The notes under the pieces were generated by a model that saw only the letters and a program-made list of their open reading frames with translations, was not told the DNA's origin and did not search any database. A stretch of DNA of 64,000 nucleotides from Verrucomicrobiota bacterium. Lineage in GTDB: Bacteria; Verrucomicrobiota; Lentisphaeria; Lentisphaerales; Lentisphaeraceae. This document shows, piece after piece, positions 21,983-32,351 of this stretch; position 1 is the first letter of the stretch; each line of letters begins with the position of its first letter. Both the position numbers and the translations under genes were made by a program. The stretch lies in assembly GCA_039798785.1 (NCBI GenBank), contig JBDKFG010000010.1:23733-87732 (forward strand), in the 5' to 3' direction.

Positions 21983-22009
21983 CTACTGGATCGCTGGCGT
22001 CCCGCCGGC
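21983..22009. repeat. REP-like element (inverted copy of 825-851)
   Basis: CTACTGGATCGCTGGCGTCCCGCCGGC. Confidence 0.8.
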
Positions 22010-22097
22010 TGTGTTTGTAGCCAGCAAGGGCATCCCGCCAAGTCATTCCAATGGGTAAGGATTAGCTTGGAAATCAAATCAGAGACAGGAGTTTCGA

Positions 22098-22904
22098 ATG
22101 CGCCTCAAAGATCGATACGGAGCTTGGGCTTTGGTCACCGGGGCCTCATCTGGAATTGGGCGGGTCTTCGCCGACAAGCTGGCGAAACAGGGCTTTGATC
22201 TCTTGATTTGCGCTCGTCGCCAGGAACTGCTCGTCGAAGTGGCGAAGGACCTGAGTTCGCGGCATGGCTGTCAAGTGAAAATACAGGTCGCCGATCTTTC
22301 TCGGCCAGAGGGCACCGAGTCGCTGATTTCAAGCTGTCGGGAGCTTGACATCAGTTTCGTCATCAGCAATGCCGGCACTGGTTGGCCGGGCGCTTTCGGC
22401 GCGGTCTCATGCGACGAGGAGAAGCAGTTGATTCAGCTCAATTGTTTGACTCCTATGAGTCTCGCCCATCACTTTCTGCCGCGGATGAAATCGGCGCGGC
22501 GCGGCGGCTTGATTCTGGTCTCTTCTCTGATGGGGTTTCAAGGGGTTCCATTCATGGCGAGTTACTCTGCCACCAAGGCTTATCTCCTCAATTTCGGCGA
22601 AGCATTGTTTCACGAATGCCGCGAAGAGGGCGTCGACGTCCTGGTGCTGGCTCCCGGGGCGACTGAAACCCCTGGGAAATACCTACACGAAGTCGATTAC
22701 GACAAGCTGCCGGTGAGCTGGATGACGGCGGATGAGGTGGTGGAATTGGCATTGAACTCCATCGGTAAACAACCTTTCGTTATCCCTGGATTTAAAAATC
22801 GTTTCACGGCTTGTCTCAGCGGTGGCCTCTGGTCACGTGGATGGGTCCAAAGTTTGATGAGGCGAATGGCTCGTCGCGTCATTCCCGGCCTACGACGCGA
22901 TTGA
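22098..22904 (+). CDS. SDR family oxidoreductase
   Basis: TGASSGIG, SNAG, YSATK catalytic motif. Confidence 0.93.
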   Translation: MRLKDRYGAWALVTGASSGIGRVFADKLAKQGFDLLICARRQELLVEVAKDLSSRHGCQVKIQVADLSRPEGTESLISSCRELDISFVISNAGTGWPGAFGAVSCDEEKQLIQLNCLTPMSLAHHFLPRMKSARRGGLILVSSLMGFQGVPFMASYSATKAYLLNFGEALFHECREEGVDVLVLAPGATETPGKYLHEVDYDKLPVSWMTADEVVELALNSIGKQPFVIPGFKNRFTACLSGGLWSRGWVQSLMRRMARRVIPGLRRD

Positions 22905-22915
22905 TCGCTGGGAGT

Positions 22916-23161
22916 TCAAATCCACGGGACCCGCCCCTGTCGCAAGGCGGCGGGCCCGACAAGTTGCGGAGTCTGGGTGAACTGGCGTAAGCGCAGGGAT
23001 GCGTCGATGCGGCTCATCAGAGTGGGGAAGTCGGGGGAGGGGAGTTTTTCGGCCTTCATGGCGTTGAGGGTTTCGACCAGGGTGAAGGTGAAGGCGCCGT
23101 AGCTGAGGGCGCCGTGATCGTATTCGCTGGCGAGCTGGCTTTCGGCGGCGGCGTAGAGGAG
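22916..23161 (-). pseudogene. 5'-truncated caspase-family (peptidase C14, metacaspase-like) C-terminal fragment
   Basis: Manual translation LLYAAAESQLASEYDHGALSYGAFTFTLVETL...QFTQTPQLVGP...VPWI*; in-frame stop 8 codons upstream and no start codon. Confidence 0.7.
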
Positions 23162-23348
23162 GCGGTTGCAAGGCCACCCTCCTCAATCCAAGTGATAGCT
23201 GCATCCTGAATCCCCCTGAAAGAGTTCCTTATGTCGCTTGTCGGTCTATGGCCTTCGTTGAATCCTACAAGTTTTTGGTGAAACTCCTGGGGTGTTCTTG
23301 AGTGGAATTGAGATATCTTCGGCGGAAGCAAACCCCAGGAGTGAGCTC

Positions 23349-24569
23349 ATGCCCGCGAAAAAAACCGCCGCCAAACCTGCCGTCAAAGTTCCTGCCCAGG
23401 CCGCTTCGAAAGTCGCTGCCAAGCCTGCCGCCAACGCTGCGGCCAAGCCCACTCTAAGCCCGGCCGCCAAGATCAAGAAGATCGAAAGCTTGGTCATCCC
23501 CAAGACCATGAAGGCGATCAGCAAGAAGTTCAAGAAAGAAGGCCTCACCCTGGTCACCGTCCCGGTTCCCGAGATCGGCGTCGATGACGTCCTGATCAAG
23601 GTCGACCGCACCGGCATCTGCGGCACCGACGTCCATATCTACAAGTGGGACGAATGGGCCCAGAAGACCATCCCGGCCCCGATGGTCGTCGGTCATGAAT
23701 TCGTCGGCGTCGTCGTCAAAAAAGGCGCCAACGTCCACGACATCCAGCTCGGCGACATTGTCTCCGCCGAAGGCCACGTGGTCTGCGGCATCTGCCGCAA
23801 CTGCCGCGCCGGCCGCTTCCACCTCTGCCGCGCCGACAAAGGCATCGGCGTCACCCGTCAGGGCGCCTTCGCTGAATACGTATCAGTTCCCAAGACCAAC
23901 GTCTGGATCCACGCCCAGGGCATCAATCCTGACGTCATGAGCATCTTCGACCCCTACGGCAACGCCACCCACACCGCCCTGAGCTTCCCGGTGCTCGGTG
24001 AAGACGTCCTGATCACCGGCGCAGGCCCGATCGGCGCGATGGCCGCCGGCATCGTTCGCCACGCCGGAGCCCGCAACGTTGTCATCACCGACACCAACGA
24101 CTACCGTCTCGGCCTGGCCAAGAAGATGGGCAAGAACATTCGCACCGTCAACATCCTCAAGGAAAAGCTCGACGACGTCATGGATGAGCTCAACATGACC
24201 GAAGGATTCGACGTCGGCCTCGAGATGAGCGGCGTCCCCGTCGCCTTCCAGGAAATGGTCGAGAAAATGGCCAATGGCGGCAAGATCGCGATCCTCGGCA
24301 TCCCCTCCAGCGGCACCAGCATCAACTGGAACCGAGTGATCTTCAAGGGCCTCACCCTGCGTGGCATCTACGGCCGCCAGATGTGGGAAACCTGGTACAT
24401 GATGACCACCATGCTGCAGTCCGGCTTCAGCATCGACCCGATCATCACCCACCGCTTCGCTTACTCCGATTTCGAAAAGGGTTTCCAGGAGATCTTCACT
24501 GGCAAATCCGGCAAAGTCGTCCTCAGTTGGTCGAACGCGATCCAAGAGCTCGGCATCCCGCGCGACTGA
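23349..24569 (+). CDS. tdh: L-threonine 3-dehydrogenase with a Lys/Ala/Pro-rich N-terminal extension
   Basis: [62 protein letters not shown] before ATG 23349. Confidence 0.93.
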   Translation: MPAKKTAAKPAVKVPAQAASKVAAKPAANAAAKPTLSPAAKIKKIESLVIPKTMKAISKKFKKEGLTLVTVPVPEIGVDDVLIKVDRTGICGTDVHIYKWDEWAQKTIPAPMVVGHEFVGVVVKKGANVHDIQLGDIVSAEGHVVCGICRNCRAGRFHLCRADKGIGVTRQGAFAEYVSVPKTNVWIHAQGINPDVMSIFDPYGNATHTALSFPVLGEDVLITGAGPIGAMAAGIVRHAGARNVVITDTNDYRLGLAKKMGKNIRTVNILKEKLDDVMDELNMTEGFDVGLEMSGVPVAFQEMVEKMANGGKIAILGIPSSGTSINWNRVIFKGLTLRGIYGRQMWETWYMMTTMLQSGFSIDPIITHRFAYSDFEKGFQEIFTGKSGKVVLSWSNAIQELGIPRD

Positions 24570-24603
24570 CGCGATTTCCCAAGCTTCGAACCTTGAACCT
24601 TGA

Positions 24604-24630
24604 GCCCGCCCTTTTCCTGGGCGGGTTTTT
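24604..24630 (+). terminator. Rho-independent terminator after tdh
   Basis: GCCCGCCC-loop-GGGCGGG-TTTTT. Confidence 0.8.
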
Positions 24631-24632
24631 CT

Positions 24633-24659
24633 GTGCGCCGGGCATGGTTTTTATCCTAT
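24633..24659 (+). mobile_element. 5' stub of a group IIC intron
   Basis: GTGCGCCGGGCATGGTTTTTATCCTAT matches the intron start at 58354 (GTGCGCCGGGCATGGCGCTTATCCTAT) at 24/27 positions and also follows a terminator. Confidence 0.8.
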
Positions 24660-24827
24660 TCCGGCGGAGCTGGGTCAAGCGCAAGCTCCGCAGCCCCGTT
24701 GGGTCTAGCCTGCCTGAATATTTGTATTTTTTAAAATTTAATGCCTGATAAACCCGTCTTTGTTAAAATATTGTTTGAAATTTATGTACTTTGCGGCATT
24801 TTAACGAAAAGAGGTGGGGGTGATACG

Positions 24828-25817
24828 ATGAGTTTGCACGGAAAAACCAGGAGAGTGATGGATGCTTTGGCGGGGCAAATCCGTGATGGGGTGTATCCGC
24901 CCGGTAGTGCATTGCCTTCACGTCATGAGTTGATGGAGAGATACGATGTCTCGCGGGCGACGGTGGACAAGATCATTTCCTTGTTGATTGAACAAGGGGT
25001 GTTGACGTCCTTGCGCGGTTCCGGCACATATGTCAGTGAAAAAGGCACGGTGGGGCCCCACATATTCGTAGTATTGAACAATGAACTGGAGTGTGACGAG
25101 GCGGCGCAATATCACCATCAGTTGGGATTGATGCTGGCGGAGATCAGCAGCCGATACAGCCATACCTTGATGTCGAGCCGGGAGTTTCTCAGCCACGTAC
25201 CTGCGATATCGCGCAATGAGCAGGCACGGGTGATTTGGAGCCGGCCATCACTGCGTTGTTGGACGGCGATTCACGATCTTGAAAAGGCATCGGTTCCGCA
25301 GATTCTGGTGAATCGCGTATGTCCTGATTTCAACTATGTGGCGACGGACACCTGGGGGGGGGTGAAGGCGGCATTGCGTCAAGCAAGCACTTTATGGGGC
25401 GACCGTGTCGCTGTAGCGACGATACGAGCACATCCTGGCGAGCCCTTCATTCAGGAGCGGGAAGCGGCGGTGTTGGAAGCCTGTGCTCAGCAGCGGCTGC
25501 GGCCGGTCGCCTATTTCCGTTCGCCCACTCGGAAGTCGGCGGACTTGAGTGAATTGGCGGCGCGCCTGAGCGCGGCTGCTTCGCATGGCGATTTCGATTA
25601 TGTGATCGTGGTCGAGCACGCACTGGCCTCGGTGATATCCGGTGCCGGAGGAGGGGCGTCTTATCCGATGATCACAGTGGACTGGAAAGGCTCGGCCGGA
25701 CAGAAGATTGTGAGTCTTCATCAAGGATGGGAGGAGATGTTCCGTCAAGCAGTGGCTTGGGCAGTGGAGGCTAAGCCCCAACGGTGTCAGCATTTGGTGC
25801 TGCCTCGGATCGAATAG
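24828..25817 (+). CDS. GntR-family regulator with a LacI/periplasmic-binding-protein-like C-terminal domain
   Basis: LPSRHELMERYDVSRATVDKII..L...GSGTYV HTH; VPQILVNR..FNYVATD. Confidence 0.88.
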   Translation: MSLHGKTRRVMDALAGQIRDGVYPPGSALPSRHELMERYDVSRATVDKIISLLIEQGVLTSLRGSGTYVSEKGTVGPHIFVVLNNELECDEAAQYHHQLGLMLAEISSRYSHTLMSSREFLSHVPAISRNEQARVIWSRPSLRCWTAIHDLEKASVPQILVNRVCPDFNYVATDTWGGVKAALRQASTLWGDRVAVATIRAHPGEPFIQEREAAVLEACAQQRLRPVAYFRSPTRKSADLSELAARLSAAASHGDFDYVIVVEHALASVISGAGGGASYPMITVDWKGSAGQKIVSLHQGWEEMFRQAVAWAVEAKPQRCQHLVLPRIE

Positions 25818-25852
25818 AATTGATGAATGAACGCGAATGAGGTTAGGGCAAG

Positions 25853-25884
25853 AAAAAAAGCCTCCCGTGAAGGGAGGCTTTTTT
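25853..25884. terminator. Bidirectional terminator between convergent genes
   Basis: A7-GCCTCCC-GTGAA-GGGAGGC-T6. Confidence 0.85.
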
Positions 25885-25900
25885 CGGGGCTGATGCACGA

Positions 25901-27481
25901 TCAGAATTTCATGCCGGCGAAGGCGTCGCTGAGGCTGCCGAAGGAGGCGGCCTTCTTGCGCTCGACCGCGAGGGCGGCGACGGCCTCGGATCCGCCTTGG
26001 GCGTCCTTGTTGCCGCCGATAGGACAGAGGGAGACCTTGCCGCCGTCGATCTTGAGGATTTCGACTTCGACAGTCTTGCCCTGGGGGTAGTGCTCACCGA
26101 GCCAGCGCGAGACATCGGCCTTGGCGGGGATGTTGAGGACTGAGACGTGGAGGAGGCCGCGGCGTCCATCGGCGAGCTCGATGAAGACGCCGAAGGGCTT
26201 GACGCCGTCGACTCGGCCGCTGACCGGGCCGGCTTCAGCGGCGGGGGCGGCATTGCTGCCGAGGCTGGCGCCTTCGGCGGCGAGGGCGAGGGAGATGCGG
26301 CGGGCTTCGGCGTCGACCTTTTCGACGGTGACGGTGATCTTGTCGCCGGCTGAATAGAGATCGGCAGGTTTCTTGCCTTTCGGGAGCTTCGAGATGTGAA
26401 GGAGGCCTTCGAGACCTTCGGCGACTTCGACGAAGAGGCCGAGCTTTTCGTCGGCTTTGGTGACGGTGGCTTCGAGGGTTTGGCCGGCGAGCTCGGGGGC
26501 GTGGGTCCAGGGGTTTTGGGCGGCGGAGCGGTAAGAAAGGCTGATGCGCTTGGCGTCCCAGTCGATGCTGCGGACGACGACGCGGATCTTCTCGCCGACG
26601 CTGACGATGGAGGAGGCGTCGAAGTTGCGTTTCCAGGAGAGTTCGGAGTTGGGGATCATGCCATCGGCACCGCCGAGGTCGACGAAGACGCCGAACTTTT
26701 CGATCTTGCGGACGACGCCGTCGACTTCGTCACCTTCGCTGAGGCTCTCTTTGAGTTGATCGCGGCGGCTCTCGGCTTCTTTGTCGAGGAGGGCGCGACG
26801 GGAGACGACCATGTCGTTGCCCTTGATCTGGGTGATCAGGAAGGAGAGGACCTTGCCGACATATTGCGAGGCGTCGCCGGGGCGGGCGTCGATCTGAGAG
26901 CCGGGGCAGAAGGCGTTCTGGCCGGCGATGAGGATGGTGTAGCCGCCTTTGCGCTCGGCTTCGACCTTGCCTTCGACCGGAACCTGGTTGGCGTGGGCAT
27001 CGCCGAGGGATTCGGCGAGGGCGTCGCCGCTCATCCGGATGGTGAAGCGCATTTCGCTGCCGTCGTCGGAAAGGAACCAGGCTTCGATCTCGTCGCCGAC
27101 TTTGGGCAGTTCGAGGCCGGCCTTGAGGAATTCTTCGGGGAAGAGGAGACCTTCAGCCTTTGATTTGACATCGATATAGATGCCGGCGCTATCGACGTGG
27201 GAAACGACGGCCTTGACCTTTTCGCCGACCTTGAAGCCTTGGCTGAGGCTTTGGGTGCTGGCTTCGAGGAGGGCGGCGAAGTCTTCGCCGCCGCTGACGA
27301 ATTCAAAAGCGGGGATGACCGGCGGCGGTCCCTGGCGTTCGGTGCGCGCCGGGCGGGGGCCGCGATCGTTGCGGGGGCCGCGATCGTTGCGGGGGCCGCG
27401 CTGGTCGTTGCGGGGGCCGCGCTGGTCGTTGCGGGGCTGGGCGCTGGGTTGCTGGGGCTGGGGCTGCTGGTCGCTGGACAT
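25901..27481 (-). CDS. S1 RNA-binding domain protein (ribosomal protein S1-like)
   Basis: About 5 S1 repeats (FGVFVDLGGADGMIPNSELSW, LFVEVAEGLEGLLHISKL, FGVFIEL); C-terminal SFGSLSDAF; low-complexity N-terminus. Confidence 0.88.
   Translation of the reverse strand: MSSDQQPQPQQPSAQPRNDQRGPRNDQRGPRNDRGPRNDRGPRPARTERQGPPPVIPAFEFVSGGEDFAALLEASTQSLSQGFKVGEKVKAVVSHVDSAGIYIDVKSKAEGLLFPEEFLKAGLELPKVGDEIEAWFLSDDGSEMRFTIRMSGDALAESLGDAHANQVPVEGKVEAERKGGYTILIAGQNAFCPGSQIDARPGDASQYVGKVLSFLITQIKGNDMVVSRRALLDKEAESRRDQLKESLSEGDEVDGVVRKIEKFGVFVDLGGADGMIPNSELSWKRNFDASSIVSVGEKIRVVVRSIDWDAKRISLSYRSAAQNPWTHAPELAGQTLEATVTKADEKLGLFVEVAEGLEGLLHISKLPKGKKPADLYSAGDKITVTVEKVDAEARRISLALAAEGASLGSNAAPAAEAGPVSGRVDGVKPFGVFIELADGRRGLLHVSVLNIPAKADVSRWLGEHYPQGKTVEVEILKIDGGKVSLCPIGGNKDAQGGSEAVAALAVERKKAASFGSLSDAFAGMKF
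27353..27436 (-). repeat. In-frame 21/18-bp tandem repeat encoding (PRNDQRG)2(PRNDRG)2
   Basis: Units CGGGGGCCGCGATCGTTG and CGGGGGCCGCGCTGGTCGTTG on the + strand. Confidence 0.9.
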
Positions 27482-27710
27482 GAGGAATTCTCCGGTTGAG
27501 GTCGAGGGGGCGCTGCTTGGGTTGTTGAAAGCGGCGCAGAATCTAGTGCATTTGTGCCGTGTGGCTAGGGGCGAGGTGGATATATCAAGCAATCCTGGGA
27601 GCGCGCCAGCCCTCTGGCGCTGTGTTCGTCGCGTGTCGCTCCAGTGTTACTAACGCGCTTTCGCCGAAGCGAAAGCAAGGGCGCCAGGGGGCTGGCGAGC
27701 TCCCAGGGCT

Positions 27711-28487
27711 TCAGCCTTTGAGGAAGCTGGTGAGAGGGGAGCTGGCGTGGGCGCTGGCGGACTTGCCGGCGAGTCCGGCGCGTCTGCCGAGGCGTCCGGC
27801 TTCGACGGCGAGGGCGAAGGCGCGGCCCATGGCGGCGGGATCGCGGGCGGCGGCGAGGGCGGTGTTGACCAGGACCGCATCGGCCCCGAGCTCCATCGCT
27901 TCTGCGGCGTGGGAAGGAGCTCCGAGACCGGCGTCGATGACCACCGGCACGCGGCTCTGCTCGATGATGATCTTGATCATCTCGCGGGTCTGGATGCCCT
28001 GGTTGCAGCCGATCGGGGCGCCGAGCGGCATGACGCAGGCGCAGCCGGCTTCTTCGAGACGCTTGGCGAGGACAGGGTCAGCGTTGATGTAGGGCAACAC
28101 GACGAAGCCTTCCTTGACCAGGATCTCGGCGGCCTTGAGTGTCTCGATCGGATCGGGCAGGAGCCAGCGCGGATCGGGATGGATCTCGAGCTTGACCCAT
28201 TTCGGCATGCCGGCGGCGTGGGCGAGGCGGGCGATGGTGACCGCCTCGTCGGCGTCGGCGGCGCCGGAGGTGTTGGGCAGGACGAGGTATTTCTCCGGGT
28301 CGAGGGCGTCTGTGATGTTTTCGCCGCGCTCCTTGCCGAGGTCGAGGCGTCGCAGGGCGACGGTGACGATCTCGGCGCCGGAGGCTTCGATCGCGGCGAG
28401 CATGGCGGAGTTGCTGGGGAACTTGCCGGTGCCGACGAAGAAGCGTGAGCGGAGGCGGCGACCGGCGATGACCAGGGAGTCGTCCAT
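27711..28487 (-). CDS. thiG: Thiazole synthase
   Basis: [51 protein letters not shown]. Confidence 0.96.
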   Translation of the reverse strand: MDDSLVIAGRRLRSRFFVGTGKFPSNSAMLAAIEASGAEIVTVALRRLDLGKERGENITDALDPEKYLVLPNTSGAADADEAVTIARLAHAAGMPKWVKLEIHPDPRWLLPDPIETLKAAEILVKEGFVVLPYINADPVLAKRLEEAGCACVMPLGAPIGCNQGIQTREMIKIIIEQSRVPVVIDAGLGAPSHAAEAMELGADAVLVNTALAAARDPAAMGRAFALAVEAGRLGRRAGLAGKSASAHASSPLTSFLKG

Positions 28488-28492
28488 GGAGA

Positions 28493-31336
28493 TCAAGCCT
28501 CTTTCTTGTCGTCGGCGAGGATCTGGTCTTCGAAGCGGCGCTTGGCTTCGCGCTCCTGGTCTTCGTCGTGAAGACGGGCGAGCTGGTTGGCCATCTTGCT
28601 GTTGCAGACGACGGGCGCGGCGATGAAGATCGAGGAGTAGCAGCCGACGAGGACGCCGAGGAGCATGACCACGGCGAAGTCGACGACGCCGCCGCCGAAG
28701 CAGAGGACGCCGACGACGAAGAAGACGGTGAGAGAGGTGAGGATGGTGCGCGACAGGGTGTGGTTGATGGCGTAGTTCATCACCTCGACCATCGGTTTCT
28801 CCTTGGCCTTGCCGGCGTCTTCGCGGATCCGGTCGAAGACGATGATGGTGTCGTTGAGCGAGTAGCCGATGATGGTGAGGACGGCGGCGACGACCGGGAT
28901 CGAGATCTGGCCGCCGAAGAGGACGTAGATGCCGACCGGGACGGTGATGTCGTGAAGCATCGCGACGATGGCGCCGAAGGCGAAGGTCGATTCGAAGCGG
29001 AAGGCGATGTAGAGGAAGGAGCCGATGACGGCGAGGACGAAGGCGATCATCGCCTTCTTGGCGAATTCCCAGCCGACGATGCCGCCGACGCTGGTCTGTT
29101 CGACGCGTTTCAGCTTCACCGTGGTGTGGACTTTGGCGACGCCGCTGTCGATGCGGGTGAAGATGGCGTTTTTATCCTGGCCTTTCAGCTCGGGGAACTT
29201 ATTGATGTCTTCCTTGACGATGACTTCGAGCTTCTTGACGCCGGAGACCTTGTCGGTGTTGAAGCTGACTTTCGGGTTGGCGAAACCGAGTTTGGCCAGT
29301 TCGGCGGCGTACTGGTCGGGGCTCGGGGTGTCCTTGGCGTTGCCGCTGACTTCATAGTACGCAGCGTTGCCGCCGGTGAAGTCGACCGAGAAGGCGTCCT
29401 TGCCTTTGATGCCGATGAGCAGAAGCGTACCCAGTGCGGCGACGATGGAGAGGATGATCGGCAGACGGCGGACCTTCCAGTAATCGAAGGCGAAGACCTT
29501 GCGGGGGCCGAGGCCGGCGACCTTGCGGGCGTCGCCGTTGCGGAGGCAGTACCAGTCGAGCAGGACCTTGGTGACGAAGACCGCGGTGAACATGGTGGTG
29601 AGGATGCCGATCGAGATGGCGATACCGAAGGCTTGGACCGGGCCGGATCCGAACTTGGCGAGGAGGGCGGCGGTGAGCAAGGTGGTGACGTTCGAGTCGA
29701 AGATCGCGGCGAAGGCGCGGCTGAAGCCTTCTTTCGAGGCGTTTTCGAGGACTCGCTCGGCTTCGAGCTCTTCCTTCATCCGCTCATAGATCAGGATGTT
29801 GGCGTCGACTGCCATACCCATGGTGAGGGCGACCGCGGCGATGGCGGGGAGCGAGAAGGATGCGCCGAGGATCATCATCGAGCCGACGAGGAGGATGATG
29901 TTGAGGATCAGGCCGACCGAGGCGATGACGCCGACGACGCGGTAGTAGGCGATCATGAAGATCATGACGATGACGATGCCGATGGCGGCAGCCATCAAGC
30001 CGCCTTTGCCGGCCTGTTCACCGAGGGTGGCGCTGGTGCGCGATTCGGCGTCGATGTGGATGGGGACGATCAAGGCGCCGGACTTGAGAACGAGGGCGAG
30101 CTCTTCGGCTTCTTCCTTGCTGAAACCATCGGCTCCGCCAGTGATCTGAGCGCTGCTGGAGAGGATGCCCTTGATGTAGGGGGCGGAGTAGCAGACGCCG
30201 TCGAGGACGATGGCGAGCGGCAGACCTTCGGGGTGTTCTTTGCTGGGTGCGTAGCGGCTGGTGACCTCACGGAACTGGGCTGCGCCGGCGCTGTTGAAGG
30301 ACTTGTTGATCAGGTAGTTACCGCCGCCGTCCTGCTGGGCGCTGGCGTCGGAGATGTTGGTGCCGTCCATCTCCTCCTGGATCTTGAGGATCCAGTAGCC
30401 CTTTTTCCGATCCTTGTCGGGAACGGCTTCGCAATCAGGAGGGATTTGGGGCGAATCGGGACCCAGGCCGGCTTCGGGGGGGGCATAGACGCCGCGGAAG
30501 CTGAGACGAGCTTGTTTCTCGATGGTGCCGCGGAGGGCGAAGACCTCGTCTTCGCCGACGACGGGGATGCGGACGAGGACGGTGTTGCTGGAGAAAGGGC
30601 GGATTTCCGCTTCCGACAGGCCTTTGTTGCCGATACGGGCTTCGAGGATGTGGATGATGCGTTCTTGCAGCTCGGCGGGGCTGTAGATCTTTTCGCTGGG
30701 GTCCCTGCCGGCCTTCTTGTCGGCTTCGTTCTTGAGAAGCGCCTTCTTGTTGAGCTTGTCGAGTTCGTCGAGGTCGAAGGCGACGGTGAATTCGACCCCG
30801 CCCTGGAGGTCGATACCGAGCTTGAGTTTGCCTTGGCAGAGCAGTTCGACGTAGGCGGCGACCGCTTTGTTGGAGGGGGTTTTGTTGCCCGGGACGGGGA
30901 TGAACTTGCCGAGCTCGAGATTGGATTCTTCGGCGAAGCGGGTCAGGGCGGTGGCGGGGCTGAGGCCGAGCTTTTCTTCCGGGCTGAGGCTTTCCCGCTT
31001 GGCGATGAGTTCCTTCGCCTTGGCGACAGCCTTGTTGAAGGCGTCGACTTCCTTGTTGGTGATGGCGGAATAGGCGCTGTTTTCGGCTGCGATGAGGGCT
31101 TTGCGGCTGGCGGCGGTTCCTTCCTTGGCGTCGCGCTCGGCAGCCTTGGAGGCGGCTTCCCGGCGGGCCTGGGCGGCGGCTTCATCGACCTTGTTCTCAG
31201 CGATGCTGGAGGCGGCGAGGCGCTGGACTTCGGTCATGAAGTCCTTGTTTTTCAAAGGGAACATCGACTGCAGCCATGCCAGGGTGACCAGCACGATGAA
31301 GGCGATGCGGAGGTAGACTGAGGTGGAGGATTTCAT
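28493..31336 (-). CDS. secDF: Fused protein translocase subunit SecDF
   Basis: [23 protein letters not shown] (SecD); [23 protein letters not shown] (SecF). Confidence 0.95.
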   Translation of the reverse strand: MKSSTSVYLRIAFIVLVTLAWLQSMFPLKNKDFMTEVQRLAASSIAENKVDEAAAQARREAASKAAERDAKEGTAASRKALIAAENSAYSAITNKEVDAFNKAVAKAKELIAKRESLSPEEKLGLSPATALTRFAEESNLELGKFIPVPGNKTPSNKAVAAYVELLCQGKLKLGIDLQGGVEFTVAFDLDELDKLNKKALLKNEADKKAGRDPSEKIYSPAELQERIIHILEARIGNKGLSEAEIRPFSSNTVLVRIPVVGEDEVFALRGTIEKQARLSFRGVYAPPEAGLGPDSPQIPPDCEAVPDKDRKKGYWILKIQEEMDGTNISDASAQQDGGGNYLINKSFNSAGAAQFREVTSRYAPSKEHPEGLPLAIVLDGVCYSAPYIKGILSSSAQITGGADGFSKEEAEELALVLKSGALIVPIHIDAESRTSATLGEQAGKGGLMAAAIGIVIVMIFMIAYYRVVGVIASVGLILNIILLVGSMMILGASFSLPAIAAVALTMGMAVDANILIYERMKEELEAERVLENASKEGFSRAFAAIFDSNVTTLLTAALLAKFGSGPVQAFGIAISIGILTTMFTAVFVTKVLLDWYCLRNGDARKVAGLGPRKVFAFDYWKVRRLPIILSIVAALGTLLLIGIKGKDAFSVDFTGGNAAYYEVSGNAKDTPSPDQYAAELAKLGFANPKVSFNTDKVSGVKKLEVIVKEDINKFPELKGQDKNAIFTRIDSGVAKVHTTVKLKRVEQTSVGGIVGWEFAKKAMIAFVLAVIGSFLYIAFRFESTFAFGAIVAMLHDITVPVGIYVLFGGQISIPVVAAVLTIIGYSLNDTIIVFDRIREDAGKAKEKPMVEVMNYAINHTLSRTILTSLTVFFVVGVLCFGGGVVDFAVVMLLGVLVGCYSSIFIAAPVVCNSKMANQLARLHDEDQEREAKRRFEDQILADDKKEA

Positions 31337-31342
31337 GAGTCT

Positions 31343-31654
31343 TCAGGCCTTGGCGGCTTCGGTGTTGGCGAGGATGGCGCGGATGGCAGACTGGTCGACG
31401 GTGACCACGGTCCGTTCTGCGATCTTGACTTGGAATTTGCCTTCTTCGACGGCTTCGATGGTGCCGTAGATGCCGCCTTCGAGGATGACGCGGGCGTCTT
31501 TCTTCAGGGCTGCCACCGATTTGCGATGTTCTTCCATCTTCTTGTTCTGGGGACGGATGACCAGCAGGTACATGAATCCGAACATGAAGATGAAGATGAC
31601 GAACATGCCGAGGGGGCTGCCGCCGCCGCCTTGAGCGAGAAGAGTGTGAGTCAT
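31343..31654 (-). CDS. yajC: Preprotein translocase subunit YajC
   Basis: FMYLLVIRPQNKK, GGIYGTI; adjacent to secDF. Confidence 0.93.
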   Translation of the reverse strand: MTHTLLAQGGGGSPLGMFVIFIFMFGFMYLLVIRPQNKKMEEHRKSVAALKKDARVILEGGIYGTIEAVEEGKFQVKIAERTVVTVDQSAIRAILANTEAAKA

Positions 31655-31748
31655 GGTCTGTGGATCCTTGCGTTGTCTGATGATGATGCGAATGAAAAAC
31701 AGCTCCGCAACTTACCGCTGCAGGAGCTTTCGCCAAGGGTGGGGAAAA

Positions 31749-31780
31749 TGCGAAAAGCGGCCGATCGGCCGCTTTTCGCA
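31749..31780. repeat. Perfect 32-bp palindrome, probable terminator/hairpin downstream of coaD
   Basis: TGCGAAAAGCGGCCGATCGGCCGCTTTTCGCA equals its own reverse complement. Confidence 0.8.
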
Positions 31781-31798
31781 AACTGACGCTCGGCAGCT

Positions 31799-32290
31799 TC
31801 AGTCGCGTCCGAACTTCATTTGCAAGGCGCTGGCGGTGGCCGGGGGGACGAATTTATCGAGGGGGCCGCGGTGGATGGCGATTTCGCGGACCATGCGGGA
31901 AGAGACGAAGGACATTTCCGGGCTGGGCATGAGGAAGACGGTTTCGCAGCGGGGGTTGAGTTCGCGGTTCATCATCGCCATCTGGATTTCGTATTCGAAG
32001 TCGGAGACGGAGCGGAGGCCGCGGACGACGGCGATGGCGCCGAAGGAGTCGAGGGCGTCCTTGAGGAGGCCTTCGAAGGTGGCGACTTCGACATTGGGGA
32101 TGTCCTGGACGACTTCCCGGATCTGGGCGATGCGTTCGTCGGTGGTGAACATCGGCGATTTGCCGGAGTTGCGGGCGACGGTGACGACGAGCTTGTCGAA
32201 GAGCTTGGCGGCGCGGCGGATGACATCGAGGTGGCCGTTGGTGATCGGGTCGAAGGAGCCGGCGTAGAGAGCGATGCCTGAGGTGGGCAT
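31799..32290 (-). CDS. coaD: Phosphopantetheine adenylyltransferase
   Basis: YAGSFDPITNGHLD, VRGLRSVSDFEYE, VSSRMVRE. Confidence 0.97.
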   Translation of the reverse strand: MPTSGIALYAGSFDPITNGHLDVIRRAAKLFDKLVVTVARNSGKSPMFTTDERIAQIREVVQDIPNVEVATFEGLLKDALDSFGAIAVVRGLRSVSDFEYEIQMAMMNRELNPRCETVFLMPSPEMSFVSSRMVREIAIHRGPLDKFVPPATASALQMKFGRD

Positions 32291-32304
32291 GGGAGATCCT
32301 TTGG

Positions 32305-32339
32305 AATTATGAGTTAAGAATTAAGAGTTAAGAATTGAG
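32305..32339 (+). repeat. Degenerate (A[A/G]TTAAG)5 heptamer array
   Basis: AATTATG AGTTAAG AATTAAG AGTTAAG AATTGAG. Confidence 0.85.
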
Positions 32340-32351
32340 GAGCAGAAGTCT

